Shown here: one piece after another, positions 29,642-38,372 of the stretch
Position numbering within the stretch: the first letter of the stretch is position 1
Layout: each line of letters opens with the position of its first letter
IMG/VR virus record: IMGVR_UViG_3300023257_000007
Span: 1-64,000 of that record
Strand: one strand, 5' to 3'
DNA: 64,000 bases
Notes under the pieces: generated by a model
What the model was told of the DNA's origin: nothing
Seen by the model: only the letters and a program-made list of their open reading frames with translations
The model's database searches: none
Program-made: the position numbers and the translations under genes

Positions 29642-29671
29642 AAACCGAGTCTGAAAAGATTCGGTTTTTTT
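29642..29671 (+). terminator. Attenuator terminator upstream of tRNA-Lys/Ser array
   Basis: AAACCGAGTC-TGAAAA-GATTCGGTTT plus T-tract, ending 3 nt before tRNA-Lys. Confidence 0.85.
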
Positions 29672-29673
29672 AT

Positions 29674-29751
29674 TGGCCATTAGCTCAGTAGGTTTAGAGC
29701 ATCTGCCTTTTAAGCAGAGAGTCCAGGGTTCGATCCCCTGATGGCCAACCA
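29674..29751 (+). tRNA. tRNA-Lys(UUU), CCA encoded
   Basis: Perfect cloverleaf; TCTGC-CTTTTAA-GCAGA. Confidence 0.95.
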
Positions 29752-29753
29752 AT

Positions 29754-29826
29754 GGATCTGTAGCTCAGTTGGTAGAGCTTCTGCCTTTTAAGCAGAAAGT
29801 CCAGGGTTCGAGTCCGACTAGGTCCA
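29754..29826 (+). tRNA. tRNA-Lys(UUU) second copy with mispaired T-stem (possible pseudogene)
   Basis: Same anticodon arm; T-stem CAGGG vs CCGAC pairs at only 2 of 5 positions. Confidence 0.65.
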
Positions 29827-29830
29827 CTAA

Positions 29831-29945
29831 GGCTTATAACAAATAGGTTGTATTTATAGAGCATTTGTCGGGTTACCGCATGTCACTAAAATGTATATTT
29901 TAAGAGTTACTAGAGATATATGAGGTTCGAATCCTTAATAAGCCA
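29831..29945 (+). pseudogene. Elongated tRNA-like element
   Basis: GGCTTAT/ATAAGCC acceptor and TGAGG-TTCGAAT-CCTTA T-arm around an oversized, non-canonical core. Confidence 0.5.
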
Positions 29946-29949
29946 CTAT

Positions 29950-30033
29950 GGAAAGCGTCCGGTTGGACGAGGGGCTACTCTTGAAAAGTAGTAATGGGTT
30001 ACACCATTAGGGGTTCGAATCCCTTGCTTTCCG
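29950..30033 (+). tRNA. tRNA-Ser(UGA)
   Basis: CTACT-CTTGAAA-AGTAG; long variable arm; G73. Confidence 0.92.
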
Positions 30034-30037
30034 CTAT

Positions 30038-30125
30038 GGAAGAGTACCCAAGTTGGTGAAGGGGCTGGTTTGCTAAACCAGTAGGTCTGAAATACGGCGC
30101 GTGGGTTCGAGCCCCACTTCTTCCG
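30038..30125 (+). tRNA. tRNA-Ser(GCU)
   Basis: CTGGT-TTGCTAA-ACCAG; long variable arm; G73. Confidence 0.92.
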
Positions 30126-30173
30126 CAATTAGGTTTGAAACTCAGTTGGTGACCTACTAAGAAAGATATTTCA

Positions 30174-30356
30174 TTAAACTTCTTGCCAATGGTTAACACC
30201 ATTTTTATCAGTTTGTATTTCCCACATATTACCATCATTACCTTTCATTCTAGTTCCTTCATCATGCCATGTTGCACTATCTGTAGGTCCTTTTCTACTT
30301 TCTGAATGTCTAACTGAAGCAGCACTTGCTTCTTTAAAAGTTTTTAAATGTTTCAT
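30174..30356 (-). CDS. Small protein, CTS-like N-terminus
   Basis: MKHLKTFKE. Confidence 0.7.
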   Translation of the reverse strand: MKHLKTFKEASAASVRHSESRKGPTDSATWHDEGTRMKGNDGNMWEIQTDKNGVNHWQEV

Positions 30357-30357
30357 A

Positions 30358-30606
30358 TTATTTAGTCATATATTTTATACCATGTTTTCGTAGTTTTTTA
30401 ACTACTTTGTCATAGTTCACTTCATTTTCATATCCGTATAATATATCCGGGATGAGATCGTCAAGGTGTTCTTCAACCTCTGAAAGAAGTTTAGCACCAG
30501 AATAATCATGTCTCATGTCATAATATACGTCATCTAAAAATTCTTCAAGTTCTATTTTCATATCACTTAATTTAAGTGATTCATTAAAAGTTTTTAAATG
30601 TCTCAT
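30358..30606 (-). CDS. Small protein, CTS-like N-terminus
   Basis: MRHLKTFNES. Confidence 0.7.
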   Translation of the reverse strand: MRHLKTFNESLKLSDMKIELEEFLDDVYYDMRHDYSGAKLLSEVEEHLDDLIPDILYGYENEVNYDKVVKKLRKHGIKYMTK

Positions 30607-30627
30607 TATTTATTTATTTATTTATTT

Positions 30628-30993
30628 TTATAGTAATCCTAATTTATTTGATTGTAGATATTCATCTATTGTAACTCCAATATTTTTTATATACCAATCT
30701 TCTATTGTAATTGGTTTATAAAATGCATTATTATTTACATTAACATCAAAATCCAATATTCCAGAATTTGTCTTATATATATATAAAGATACAATTTCAC
30801 ATTTACTTTCTACTTGATCTCCCCAAGCACAAGAAACTTCATCTTCTATAATTTCGGTTAATTGTTCATATATTGGTAATTCATAATATTTTTCTATTTG
30901 TTTAATGGTAACTTCTAAATTATCATTATTCTTAATATCAGTTATTGTAATATTAAAATGTTTATTTTCTAAATATGTCTTTAGGTATTTCAC
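30628..30993 (-). CDS. Small protein, CTS-like N-terminus
   Basis: MKYLKTYLE...NKLGLL. Confidence 0.7.
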   Translation of the reverse strand: MKYLKTYLENKHFNITITDIKNNDNLEVTIKQIEKYYELPIYEQLTEIIEDEVSCAWGDQVESKCEIVSLYIYKTNSGILDFDVNVNNNAFYKPITIEDWYIKNIGVTIDEYLQSNKLGLL

Positions 30994-31060
30994 ATATTTG
31001 TATATTAAAAATAAGGATTAAAAATATTTTGTATAAAATATAGAACCAGGTTTATTAAAA

Positions 31061-31546
31061 TCACTGTTTTTTCCACCATAGAGTTTGCCAATCAGGATAA
31101 ACAAAACCTTCTGAATCTGGTTTGATTTGCGTATAACTTTCATATCCTTCCATTAAATCTATCGACTCTTTATATTCTTCTCTTTCCGAATTATCCAACA
31201 TCAAATAACCACCCTTCTTTAATTTAGGAAGAGCTTCCTTTACACAGTTAACCCTATCTCTTCCATCTACTAAAATAAAGTCGAAATGTTCATCTGGGAA
31301 AATAGAAACATATACACTATAATCCCTGTTATGTTGATGAAGGGTAACATTTCCGGGAAGGGATTCAGATACTTTTTTAATCCATTCACTGTCATGTTCT
31401 ATACTAATCAAATGACTCACTCGATCAGCTAACCATTTAGTAGAAGCACCTGCACCAAACTCCAAGCAATGCATATCCTTTGTCAAATAAGACTCAAGGA
31501 ACTCAATTTCACCTTCGGTTATCCAAATTATTTTTCTATCAATCAT
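31061..31546 (-). CDS. Class I SAM-dependent methyltransferase
   Basis: CLEFGAGAST, ISIEHD, FDFILVDG, GGYLMLDN. Confidence 0.88.
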   Translation of the reverse strand: MIDRKIIWITEGEIEFLESYLTKDMHCLEFGAGASTKWLADRVSHLISIEHDSEWIKKVSESLPGNVTLHQHNRDYSVYVSIFPDEHFDFILVDGRDRVNCVKEALPKLKKGGYLMLDNSEREEYKESIDLMEGYESYTQIKPDSEGFVYPDWQTLWWKKQ

Positions 31547-31613
31547 AATTTTTATCTATATATATTAAAGAAATTATTTTATTTTCTTAAAAATTTTTGT
31601 ATATTATAACAAA

Positions 31614-31840
31614 TTAATCTAATCGACTATACGCTGATTTTATAAAAAATTAGAGGAAAGTCGGGACAATTTTGCTTAAGGCAGGAGACTTTGGTCGTTC
31701 GTACTGCCGAGGTTGCAACTCAAACAGATCTAGGAGGTGAGCAATTCTATAATGATCGGGTTAGAGGCACTCTTCGGAGAAGTGTAAACACTTAGATAAA
31801 TGTATAGATAAAACAAAATCCCGCTTATGGACTAGGTTAA
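31614..31840 (+). ncRNA. rnpB: Minimal RNase P RNA (~227 nt)
   Basis: CR-I GAGGAAAGTCGGG at 31653, CR-V ACAAAATCCCGCTTA at 31813; the two form P4; P1 closes 31614-31624 with 31830-31840. Confidence 0.85.
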
Positions 31841-31865
31841 TTTTAACTTTTAAATTATTTAAATT

Positions 31866-32150
31866 ATGCAAGATAAATGTAAAATATGTGGTCGTAATGA
31901 AACAACATCATTTCATCATTTAATACCAGTAACATTACATACTAAAAAGTGGTTCAAAAAAAATTACGAAAAAGACTATATGAAATCACACGGTATAGAC
32001 TTATGCAAACAATGTCATAAGGCTATACATAAATTTTGGGATGAAAAAACTTTGGGCAAAAAATTTAATACATTAAAAAGTTTATTAGAAAATCAAAAAA
32101 TTAAAAAACACATTGAATGGGTTATAAAACTAAAACATAATAAAAAATGA
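31866..32150 (+). CDS. Small HNH-family protein
   Basis: CKIC...FHHLIP...LCKQCHKAIH. Confidence 0.75.
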   Translation: MQDKCKICGRNETTSFHHLIPVTLHTKKWFKKNYEKDYMKSHGIDLCKQCHKAIHKFWDEKTLGKKFNTLKSLLENQKIKKHIEWVIKLKHNKK

Positions 32151-32428
32151 CAAAAGACAAAACTAAAGACGAATCTAAAAACGAATCTAAAGAAAAAGAA
32201 GAAAATTTATACTCAATTATTGTATATAATGACGAAGTTAATACATTTGAACATGTTATTGGTTGTCTTATTAAATACTGTAAACATGAATTAACACAAG
32301 CAGAACAATGTACCATGATTATACACAATAATGGTAAATGTGATGTTAAAAAAGGCACATTTAAAGAATTAGAAACTCCTTATTATGCTTTACTTGATTC
32401 TGGGTTATCTGCTGAAATTGAAAATTAA
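32147..32428 (+). CDS. clpS: ClpS N-degron adaptor
   Basis: IIVYNDEVNTFEHVI...IHNNGKC...GLSAEI. Confidence 0.92.
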   Translation: MTKDKTKDESKNESKEKEENLYSIIVYNDEVNTFEHVIGCLIKYCKHELTQAEQCTMIIHNNGKCDVKKGTFKELETPYYALLDSGLSAEIEN

Positions 32429-32510
32429 ATATATGTCTAATAACATATCCTAATTTTTGACTTATTAGAAAATTTCTCGTATATTATTATAAATACTAAA
32501 ACTTCAAATC

Positions 32511-33818
32511 ATGAGAAATATACAAAAATTATCAGAAAAAGAATTAATAGTACATTTAAAATCTATCTATAATAAACAGATAGATATTTATGATAAATTT
32601 GAAAAAACAGGTGAAATTGAACCAATTATTACCGATTTTGATGATCAAGATGCATATAAATATTTTATGCAATATGCAATCTTTAAAACTCACCCAAACG
32701 CAATAGTAAAATTTAAATTTTTTAACCGTGGAAAACATAAATTTCCAGTCGGTTCAGATTATCATATTAAAAAACAAATAGAATCTATGAAAAATCTTAG
32801 ATTCACTCCTGAAATAGAAAGATCATTTAGAAAAAAATTTTCAAATATGAAAGGTGAATCTTATTTTGATGAATCTTTTTATGGTTTTTTAAGAAGTTAT
32901 AGATACGATCCATCTGAAGTTAAAGTAACTCAAACAGGAGAAGATATCGAAATAGAAATAACTGGTTCTTGGTTAAAAACAATTTATTGGGAAACACAAA
33001 TAATGCCGATTTTAACAGAAACTTGGTATATGTTAACTGATCAATATAAAAATATTCATAATTTTGATCATCTATATGATACACACAGAGACAAATATCG
33101 AAGTTTTATAACAGCCGAATCTAATATTGCAGAATTTGGTTTAAGAAGAAGATATTCAAAACTAATACAAGAATTTATCAATATACATTTTATGTGGGAA
33201 TCACCAGCTAGATATATTGGTACGTCTAATTGTATGTTCGCTAGAAAATTTAATGTTAAAGCCATTGGAACACAAGCTCATGAATGGATAATGTTTCATG
33301 CCGCAAAATATGGACCAGAACTAGCAAATAAGATATCTTTAGAAAATTGGGTTAAAGTTTACAGAGGAGAATTAGGTATTGCGTTATCTGATACTTATGG
33401 TACAGACAATTTCTTAAAATCATTTGATACTTTACATAGTAAATTATTTGATGGTGTTAGATGGGATTCTGGTGATTTTAAATTATTTACTGATAAAATA
33501 ATTGGACACTATAAATCATATGGAATTAATCCTAAATCCAAAACAATTGTCTATTCTGATGGTATAAATTCATTTTTAAAAATACGAGATATTATAAGAT
33601 ATGCAAGTGATAAAATTAAATGCACGTTAGGAATTGGTACTTATTTAACAAATGATATTGGTGTACCAACTATGAATATTGTTATTAAAATGACAGAAGC
33701 TAAACCTGAAAAAATGGATTGGAGATATTGTATAAAGACATCTGATTCATCTGGTAAATATACTTATACTGACAAAAAAACATTAAACAGATACTTAGAA
33801 GATTTGAATATAAATTAA
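32511..33818 (+). CDS. pncB: Nicotinate phosphoribosyltransferase
   Basis: TDFDDQDAYK, EFGLRRR, GTQAHEW, SDTY, GVRWDSGD, YSDG, GIGTYLTND. Confidence 0.92.
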   Translation: MRNIQKLSEKELIVHLKSIYNKQIDIYDKFEKTGEIEPIITDFDDQDAYKYFMQYAIFKTHPNAIVKFKFFNRGKHKFPVGSDYHIKKQIESMKNLRFTPEIERSFRKKFSNMKGESYFDESFYGFLRSYRYDPSEVKVTQTGEDIEIEITGSWLKTIYWETQIMPILTETWYMLTDQYKNIHNFDHLYDTHRDKYRSFITAESNIAEFGLRRRYSKLIQEFINIHFMWESPARYIGTSNCMFARKFNVKAIGTQAHEWIMFHAAKYGPELANKISLENWVKVYRGELGIALSDTYGTDNFLKSFDTLHSKLFDGVRWDSGDFKLFTDKIIGHYKSYGINPKSKTIVYSDGINSFLKIRDIIRYASDKIKCTLGIGTYLTNDIGVPTMNIVIKMTEAKPEKMDWRYCIKTSDSSGKYTYTDKKTLNRYLEDLNIN

Positions 33819-33863
33819 ACTAGATAAGAATATAATAATAAAAATAAAAAATAATATAATATT

Positions 33864-34109
33864 ATGGTAAAAAAACAATACATGGGTAAAACAGTGAAAG
33901 AACATTTCGGTTATAAAATAAAACACATGATTCAATTCAGAATGTCAAGAGGACCCAAAGGAAAAGAAATATCTCATCAAGAACCTAGCGGATATTTTGG
34001 TGTATATGCAGGCAAAAATCTATTGTGTGGAAATAAAGAATTCAAAAAAGTAAAAGATGCAGAACAATTTTTATTCAATTATATTAAAAATAAGAAATAT
34101 GAAATTTAA
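33864..34109 (+). CDS. Hypothetical protein
   Basis: Co-directional ORF in the NAD cluster. Confidence 0.6.
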   Translation: MVKKQYMGKTVKEHFGYKIKHMIQFRMSRGPKGKEISHQEPSGYFGVYAGKNLLCGNKEFKKVKDAEQFLFNYIKNKKYEI

Positions 34110-34656
34110 CAACAGACCAAATAAATCAATAAAAAATGATGGTACAACACATTGGATTTCAAGAAGTTGTGCTGTTGTTTCCTATGTATCAGCAAAAATC
34201 GGGAGTGATTTTTATATTTTAGTAGGACAAAGAGGACAAGGCACACCAGACTGTAAAGGTTTGTGGAATTTACCTTGTGGTTATCTAGATTGGAATGAAA
34301 GTGGTAGAGAAGCTTTCTTTAGAGAAATGTGGGAAGAAACTGGTATAAATTGCGAAAAACTTCTAAAAAATTACAAAATTTTTATAAATACAGAAGAACC
34401 TTGGTATATTGATACTAATCCAGACTCACATCTTCAAAATATTTCATTACATTATTCAATTGTATTTGATGCAACTAATTCTATATTACCAGAATTCAGT
34501 ACAGAAAATAGTGAACCTGATGAAGTTGAAAATTTAATGTGGATTAAGATTAAAGACGCTCATAAACTGCATTTTGGTTTTGATCATAAAAAAAGGGTAA
34601 AAGTCTTCAACGAAAAATTTATAATACCATTAGAAAATTCTCTTAAAATATCTTAA
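34099..34656 (+). CDS. NUDIX hydrolase (ADP-ribose pyrophosphatase-like)
   Basis: WNLPCGYLDWNESGREAFFREMWEETG; likely ATG at 34099. Confidence 0.88.
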   Translation: MKFNNRPNKSIKNDGTTHWISRSCAVVSYVSAKIGSDFYILVGQRGQGTPDCKGLWNLPCGYLDWNESGREAFFREMWEETGINCEKLLKNYKIFINTEEPWYIDTNPDSHLQNISLHYSIVFDATNSILPEFSTENSEPDEVENLMWIKIKDAHKLHFGFDHKKRVKVFNEKFIIPLENSLKIS

Positions 34657-34744
34657 TAATTGACATATGTTATATAACATACCAAAAAATATTACAATTA
34701 TAAAAATTTTTCGTATATTTAATTAAACAATAAAAAATATAATT

Positions 34745-35608
34745 ATGAAAAATATAATAAATTACGACAAAGTACTTGAAAATTCAAGATTTTTACTAAA
34801 AGAAAAAATTACAAGAACTAAACTTAAATCATTAGTATTGGGTATTAGTGGTGGAGTTGATTCAGCAATTGTTGCAGCAATTGCTAAACCTATATGTGAT
34901 GAATTAAATATTCCTTTAATAGGAAGATATATTCATATAGAAAGTAATAAGAAAGAAGAAAAAGAAAGAGCTGAAGATATTGGAAAAGCGTTTTGCACTG
35001 ATTTCCAATCAATTGATCTTACAGAATACTTTGATACATTAAAAAATCTAGATGAAATGGATAATGAAGGTTCTCCTTATTCTGAATATGATTATCAATC
35101 AAAATTAATTAGACTTGGTAATATAAAAGCTAGAACAAGAATGATTTATCTTTATAATTTAGCTTCAAAAAATGGTGGTTTAGTATTAGGTACAGACAAT
35201 TTAACTGAATATTATTTGGGATTTTGGACTTTGCACGGTGATGTTGGTGATTTTGGTTTAATTCAAAATCTTTGGAAGTCTGAAGTACATGAATTAACAT
35301 TACATTTAGCTAAAAGTTTAAATGAAAAAGGTAAAGTGTTAGTTGATTGTGCAATGGCAAATGCTACTGATGGTCTTGGAATAAGTGAGACTGATCTAGA
35401 ACAAATTATGCCAGATTGGAAAGAAAGACATAATACAACTGCAAGTGGTTATTCAGAAATTGATAAAAAATTACAATCTTATTTAAAAGATATTAGTAAA
35501 GGAGAAAACATTTCAAAATATAATAATGATCCAGTAATTGAAAGACATAGATCATCTTTCTTCAAAAGAATAAACCCAGAAAGTATAGATAGAGAAGAAT
35601 TAATTTAA
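34745..35608 (+). CDS. nadE: NH3-dependent NAD+ synthetase
   Basis: VLGISGGVDS, GNIKARTRM, GTDNLTE, GFWTLHGD, ATDGL. Confidence 0.94.
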   Translation: MKNIINYDKVLENSRFLLKEKITRTKLKSLVLGISGGVDSAIVAAIAKPICDELNIPLIGRYIHIESNKKEEKERAEDIGKAFCTDFQSIDLTEYFDTLKNLDEMDNEGSPYSEYDYQSKLIRLGNIKARTRMIYLYNLASKNGGLVLGTDNLTEYYLGFWTLHGDVGDFGLIQNLWKSEVHELTLHLAKSLNEKGKVLVDCAMANATDGLGISETDLEQIMPDWKERHNTTASGYSEIDKKLQSYLKDISKGENISKYNNDPVIERHRSSFFKRINPESIDREELI

Positions 35609-35654
35609 ACTTTTAATTATTTTCGAAATATAATTTAAAAATTAATGGATAATT

Positions 35655-35894
35655 ATGCCAAAAAGTAGAAATAAAAAAAATCAAAAGAAAAGATCTCAAG
35701 CAAGAACACAAAGAATTAAAAATCAACAAGTAAAAGCCAAAAAAGAACTAATAGAATTATTCCAAAAAGCCCAAGAAGAATCTTTACAAGAAAAAGCTAA
35801 ACAAACTGAAGCAGACGCAAACGTAGTTGTAGAAGATTTAGATATAGGTGATAACTTAGAACTTGAAATTGATGAAGAAGAAATAAAAGAATAA
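35655..35894 (+). CDS. Small protein, basic N-terminus and acidic C-terminus
   Basis: MPKSRNKK...EEEIKE. Confidence 0.65.
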   Translation: MPKSRNKKNQKKRSQARTQRIKNQQVKAKKELIELFQKAQEESLQEKAKQTEADANVVVEDLDIGDNLELEIDEEEIKE

Positions 35895-35899
35895 AAAAG

Positions 35900-35925
35900 A
35901 AAAACCACTCAATGAGTGGTTTTTT
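35900..35925. terminator. Bidirectional intrinsic terminator
   Basis: AAAAACCACTC-AAT-GAGTGGTTTTT. Confidence 0.85.
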
Positions 35926-35927
35926 AC

Positions 35928-36416
35928 TTATGTTGTTGCGACATAAACTATTAAAGTTTCCGAACTAACTCCATTCCAAGCCTCAATCCAAATTTCATAA
36001 TCTGAAGCTGAACTTAGATGTTTATTAATTTGTATAACCATATTTAAGTCATTTAATGATCTTATTCTTTGCCTACTCCAAGGCATAACCTTATTTTGAG
36101 ATGAATCCAATACTGTTATAAAATACTTTGCAACACCATCAACTAAATCAAATTTTAAGATAATTTCACTATTTGTAACAGAACTTGATGAAATTGTTAC
36201 TGCAGAAGGTGCTAAAAAATATAATTCTTTATTCTCCCATATTTTATCAAATTGAAAATCATTATCAGCAAATTGATATACTGTATCACCACTTTCAATT
36301 ATTTGTCTTCTTATTAACCATTTTCCTTCAGTAGTTAGTACACCTGGATTAGCATAGCCATAATATGTTTCTGTTGCTCCTGTATTCATTCGAAGCCAAT
36401 TTGTTAAATCAATCAT
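35928..36416 (-). CDS. Putative virion protein with FN3/Ig-like C-terminal domain
   Basis: Beta-rich, YEIWIEAWNG; recognised by eye. Confidence 0.4.
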   Translation of the reverse strand: MIDLTNWLRMNTGATETYYGYANPGVLTTEGKWLIRRQIIESGDTVYQFADNDFQFDKIWENKELYFLAPSAVTISSSSVTNSEIILKFDLVDGVAKYFITVLDSSQNKVMPWSRQRIRSLNDLNMVIQINKHLSSASDYEIWIEAWNGVSSETLIVYVATT

Positions 36417-36456
36417 TAGTTAGTTAATTATTTTTTGTTGATTATCTCTTTATATA

Positions 36457-37842
36457 TTAAACTTTTTCTTTATCTATTTCAAAATCTTCCCATCCTTCTT
36501 CACCATCTTCCCATGACCAATCTTTTTTACCACCTTTTTTACCAAAAACAGTTTTCTTCTTTTTCTTTTTCTTATCTTCACCACCCTCATCATCAAATTC
36601 ATCAAATACATCTGGATATAATCTACCATCAGCATCAACTTCATATTTCAAATCAAAATAATCTTTAAAGTTTTTAACATCAGACTTTTGAATAGCATAT
36701 TCTCTATTTAATTCTAATTGTTTTTCTAAATATAAATTTATATCTTTAACCAAACTATTAAATAATATAAGAGTTTGTTGATTAAAAACACCAATTGGTT
36801 TTTTCTTTTTCTTGCTAAATGAACTAAGAATACACTTAAATACATATTCAATTTTATCATTAGATTTAACAAAATCTTTAGTAAGTTTATTTGGTATAAG
36901 TTCCAAATTAATTTTAAATTTATCTTCTTTAAAAAATGATGGAATACCAAAATTCCATTTTTCAATATCTTTCTTAATATCTTTAATATAATCATTAAAT
37001 ATTTTACACACAATCTCAATATATAATTCATCCATTGTTAAAGAATGTAATTTATAATTCTTTAATGCAATTTGTTGAAAATATTCTAAAAATGATAATA
37101 ATATCAAACTATATGTATCTATATATTCTGTGTTATTATTAGATGATAATCTATGATATAAAGGATTTAATAATTCAAATGAATAATCTGTATTATTATC
37201 TATTTTAAATATTATTTTCTCTAAATTATCATTAAATACTTCATCATTCATCAAAAATGAATTCTTTAACTGAGGATTTAGTATTTGATAAAAGAAATAA
37301 GCAAAATTCTTTTCTCCAAAAACATATTCTAAGTCTTTATCACTTGTATTTAAATACAAATCAATTATTTCTAACTGTTTTTCACTTAATTTACCTTTAT
37401 ATAAAACTGGTAAATAATCTACATTAAATAATTCGCCATATTCTTTTAATTCATCATAATTATAAAAATATTTTGAACCTTTTACAATACAAGTTAATAT
37501 TAAACCACCTTTAGGTACAATATTATACTCTATATTTGCAGGTTGATTATCTGGGAAATATTCAAAACAAAACCACCAATTTTTATTTAATAAATCAGTT
37601 ACATAATCTGGTAATTGATGAATATATTTATATGCTTGATTATAAAATTTTTGTGTCGCCAAATCAATAAAATTAAGAGGTTGGCTTCTAAGTGATTTAG
37701 GTTTTATAATGAATTTATCACCAGTCCACTTTATAAAAATTTGAGAACCTTGTATATCTTCATATACAATAAGTTCTTTATCTTTTACAAGATCTATAAA
37801 TTCTTGAGAATTTTCTACGTTAAGTTTTTTAATCATTGTCAT
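36457..37842 (-). CDS. RNA-ligase-fold protein, apparently catalytically inactive
   Basis: YEDIQGS aligns by eye to ligase motif I (EKxxG) with Asp replacing Lys. Confidence 0.4.
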   Translation of the reverse strand: MTMIKKLNVENSQEFIDLVKDKELIVYEDIQGSQIFIKWTGDKFIIKPKSLRSQPLNFIDLATQKFYNQAYKYIHQLPDYVTDLLNKNWWFCFEYFPDNQPANIEYNIVPKGGLILTCIVKGSKYFYNYDELKEYGELFNVDYLPVLYKGKLSEKQLEIIDLYLNTSDKDLEYVFGEKNFAYFFYQILNPQLKNSFLMNDEVFNDNLEKIIFKIDNNTDYSFELLNPLYHRLSSNNNTEYIDTYSLILLSFLEYFQQIALKNYKLHSLTMDELYIEIVCKIFNDYIKDIKKDIEKWNFGIPSFFKEDKFKINLELIPNKLTKDFVKSNDKIEYVFKCILSSFSKKKKKPIGVFNQQTLILFNSLVKDINLYLEKQLELNREYAIQKSDVKNFKDYFDLKYEVDADGRLYPDVFDEFDDEGGEDKKKKKKKTVFGKKGGKKDWSWEDGEEGWEDFEIDKEKV

Positions 37843-37949
37843 ATTTATTTCTATTTTGTTTTTTAGAAATCTTTAACATATATATTAAAATTTTAAATCT
37901 TATTATAGACTTCTTATAAAAAATATATAATAGAAAATAATTATTAAAC

Positions 37950-38372
37950 ATGGGAAAAATGGGAAAATTTATCCAAGCCTTAGCAAATAATGGTTTTGTG
38001 GATTATGAAAACTACATATTAGTTGGTTCTTTTGAAAATGGTAAAATACACATTAAAAACATTAAAACTGAAGAAGAATATATAATTGATGTAAAAGCTA
38101 TTGAAAAACCAGAACCTATTAATATCTTATCAGAAACTGAAAAAAATATAACTGAAGAAATAATAACTGAAGAAGTAACTGGTGATCCTTTAAACTTATT
38201 ATCTGAAGAAGAAGTAGGCGACCCTTTTAATTTACTAACAGAAAATAAGGAAATTATAAAACCCCGTGGTTGGGCATTAAGAAAAGAATATGTTGATTTA
38301 CAAGGCAATGTTTTTCATAAAGGTGTTGAACAACCAAATTTAAAAGGAACTTTACGTCCTAGCAACATTTAG
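37950..38372 (+). CDS. Hypothetical protein
   Basis: ORF with duplicated EEVxGDPxNLL. Confidence 0.6.
   Translation: MGKMGKFIQALANNGFVDYENYILVGSFENGKIHIKNIKTEEEYIIDVKAIEKPEPINILSETEKNITEEIITEEVTGDPLNLLSEEEVGDPFNLLTENKEIIKPRGWALRKEYVDLQGNVFHKGVEQPNLKGTLRPSNI

Noticed and set aside
27945-29671. T-box riboswitches ahead of the tRNA arrays
   Set aside because: No T-box consensus (GGTGGNACCGCG) or stem I; short leader ORFs explain the structure better.
28220-30238. Minus-strand ORFs 28220-28435, 29946-30128, 29999-30238
   Set aside because: Antisense translations of tRNA genes (GFEPGP, GSNPR, GFEPL signatures).
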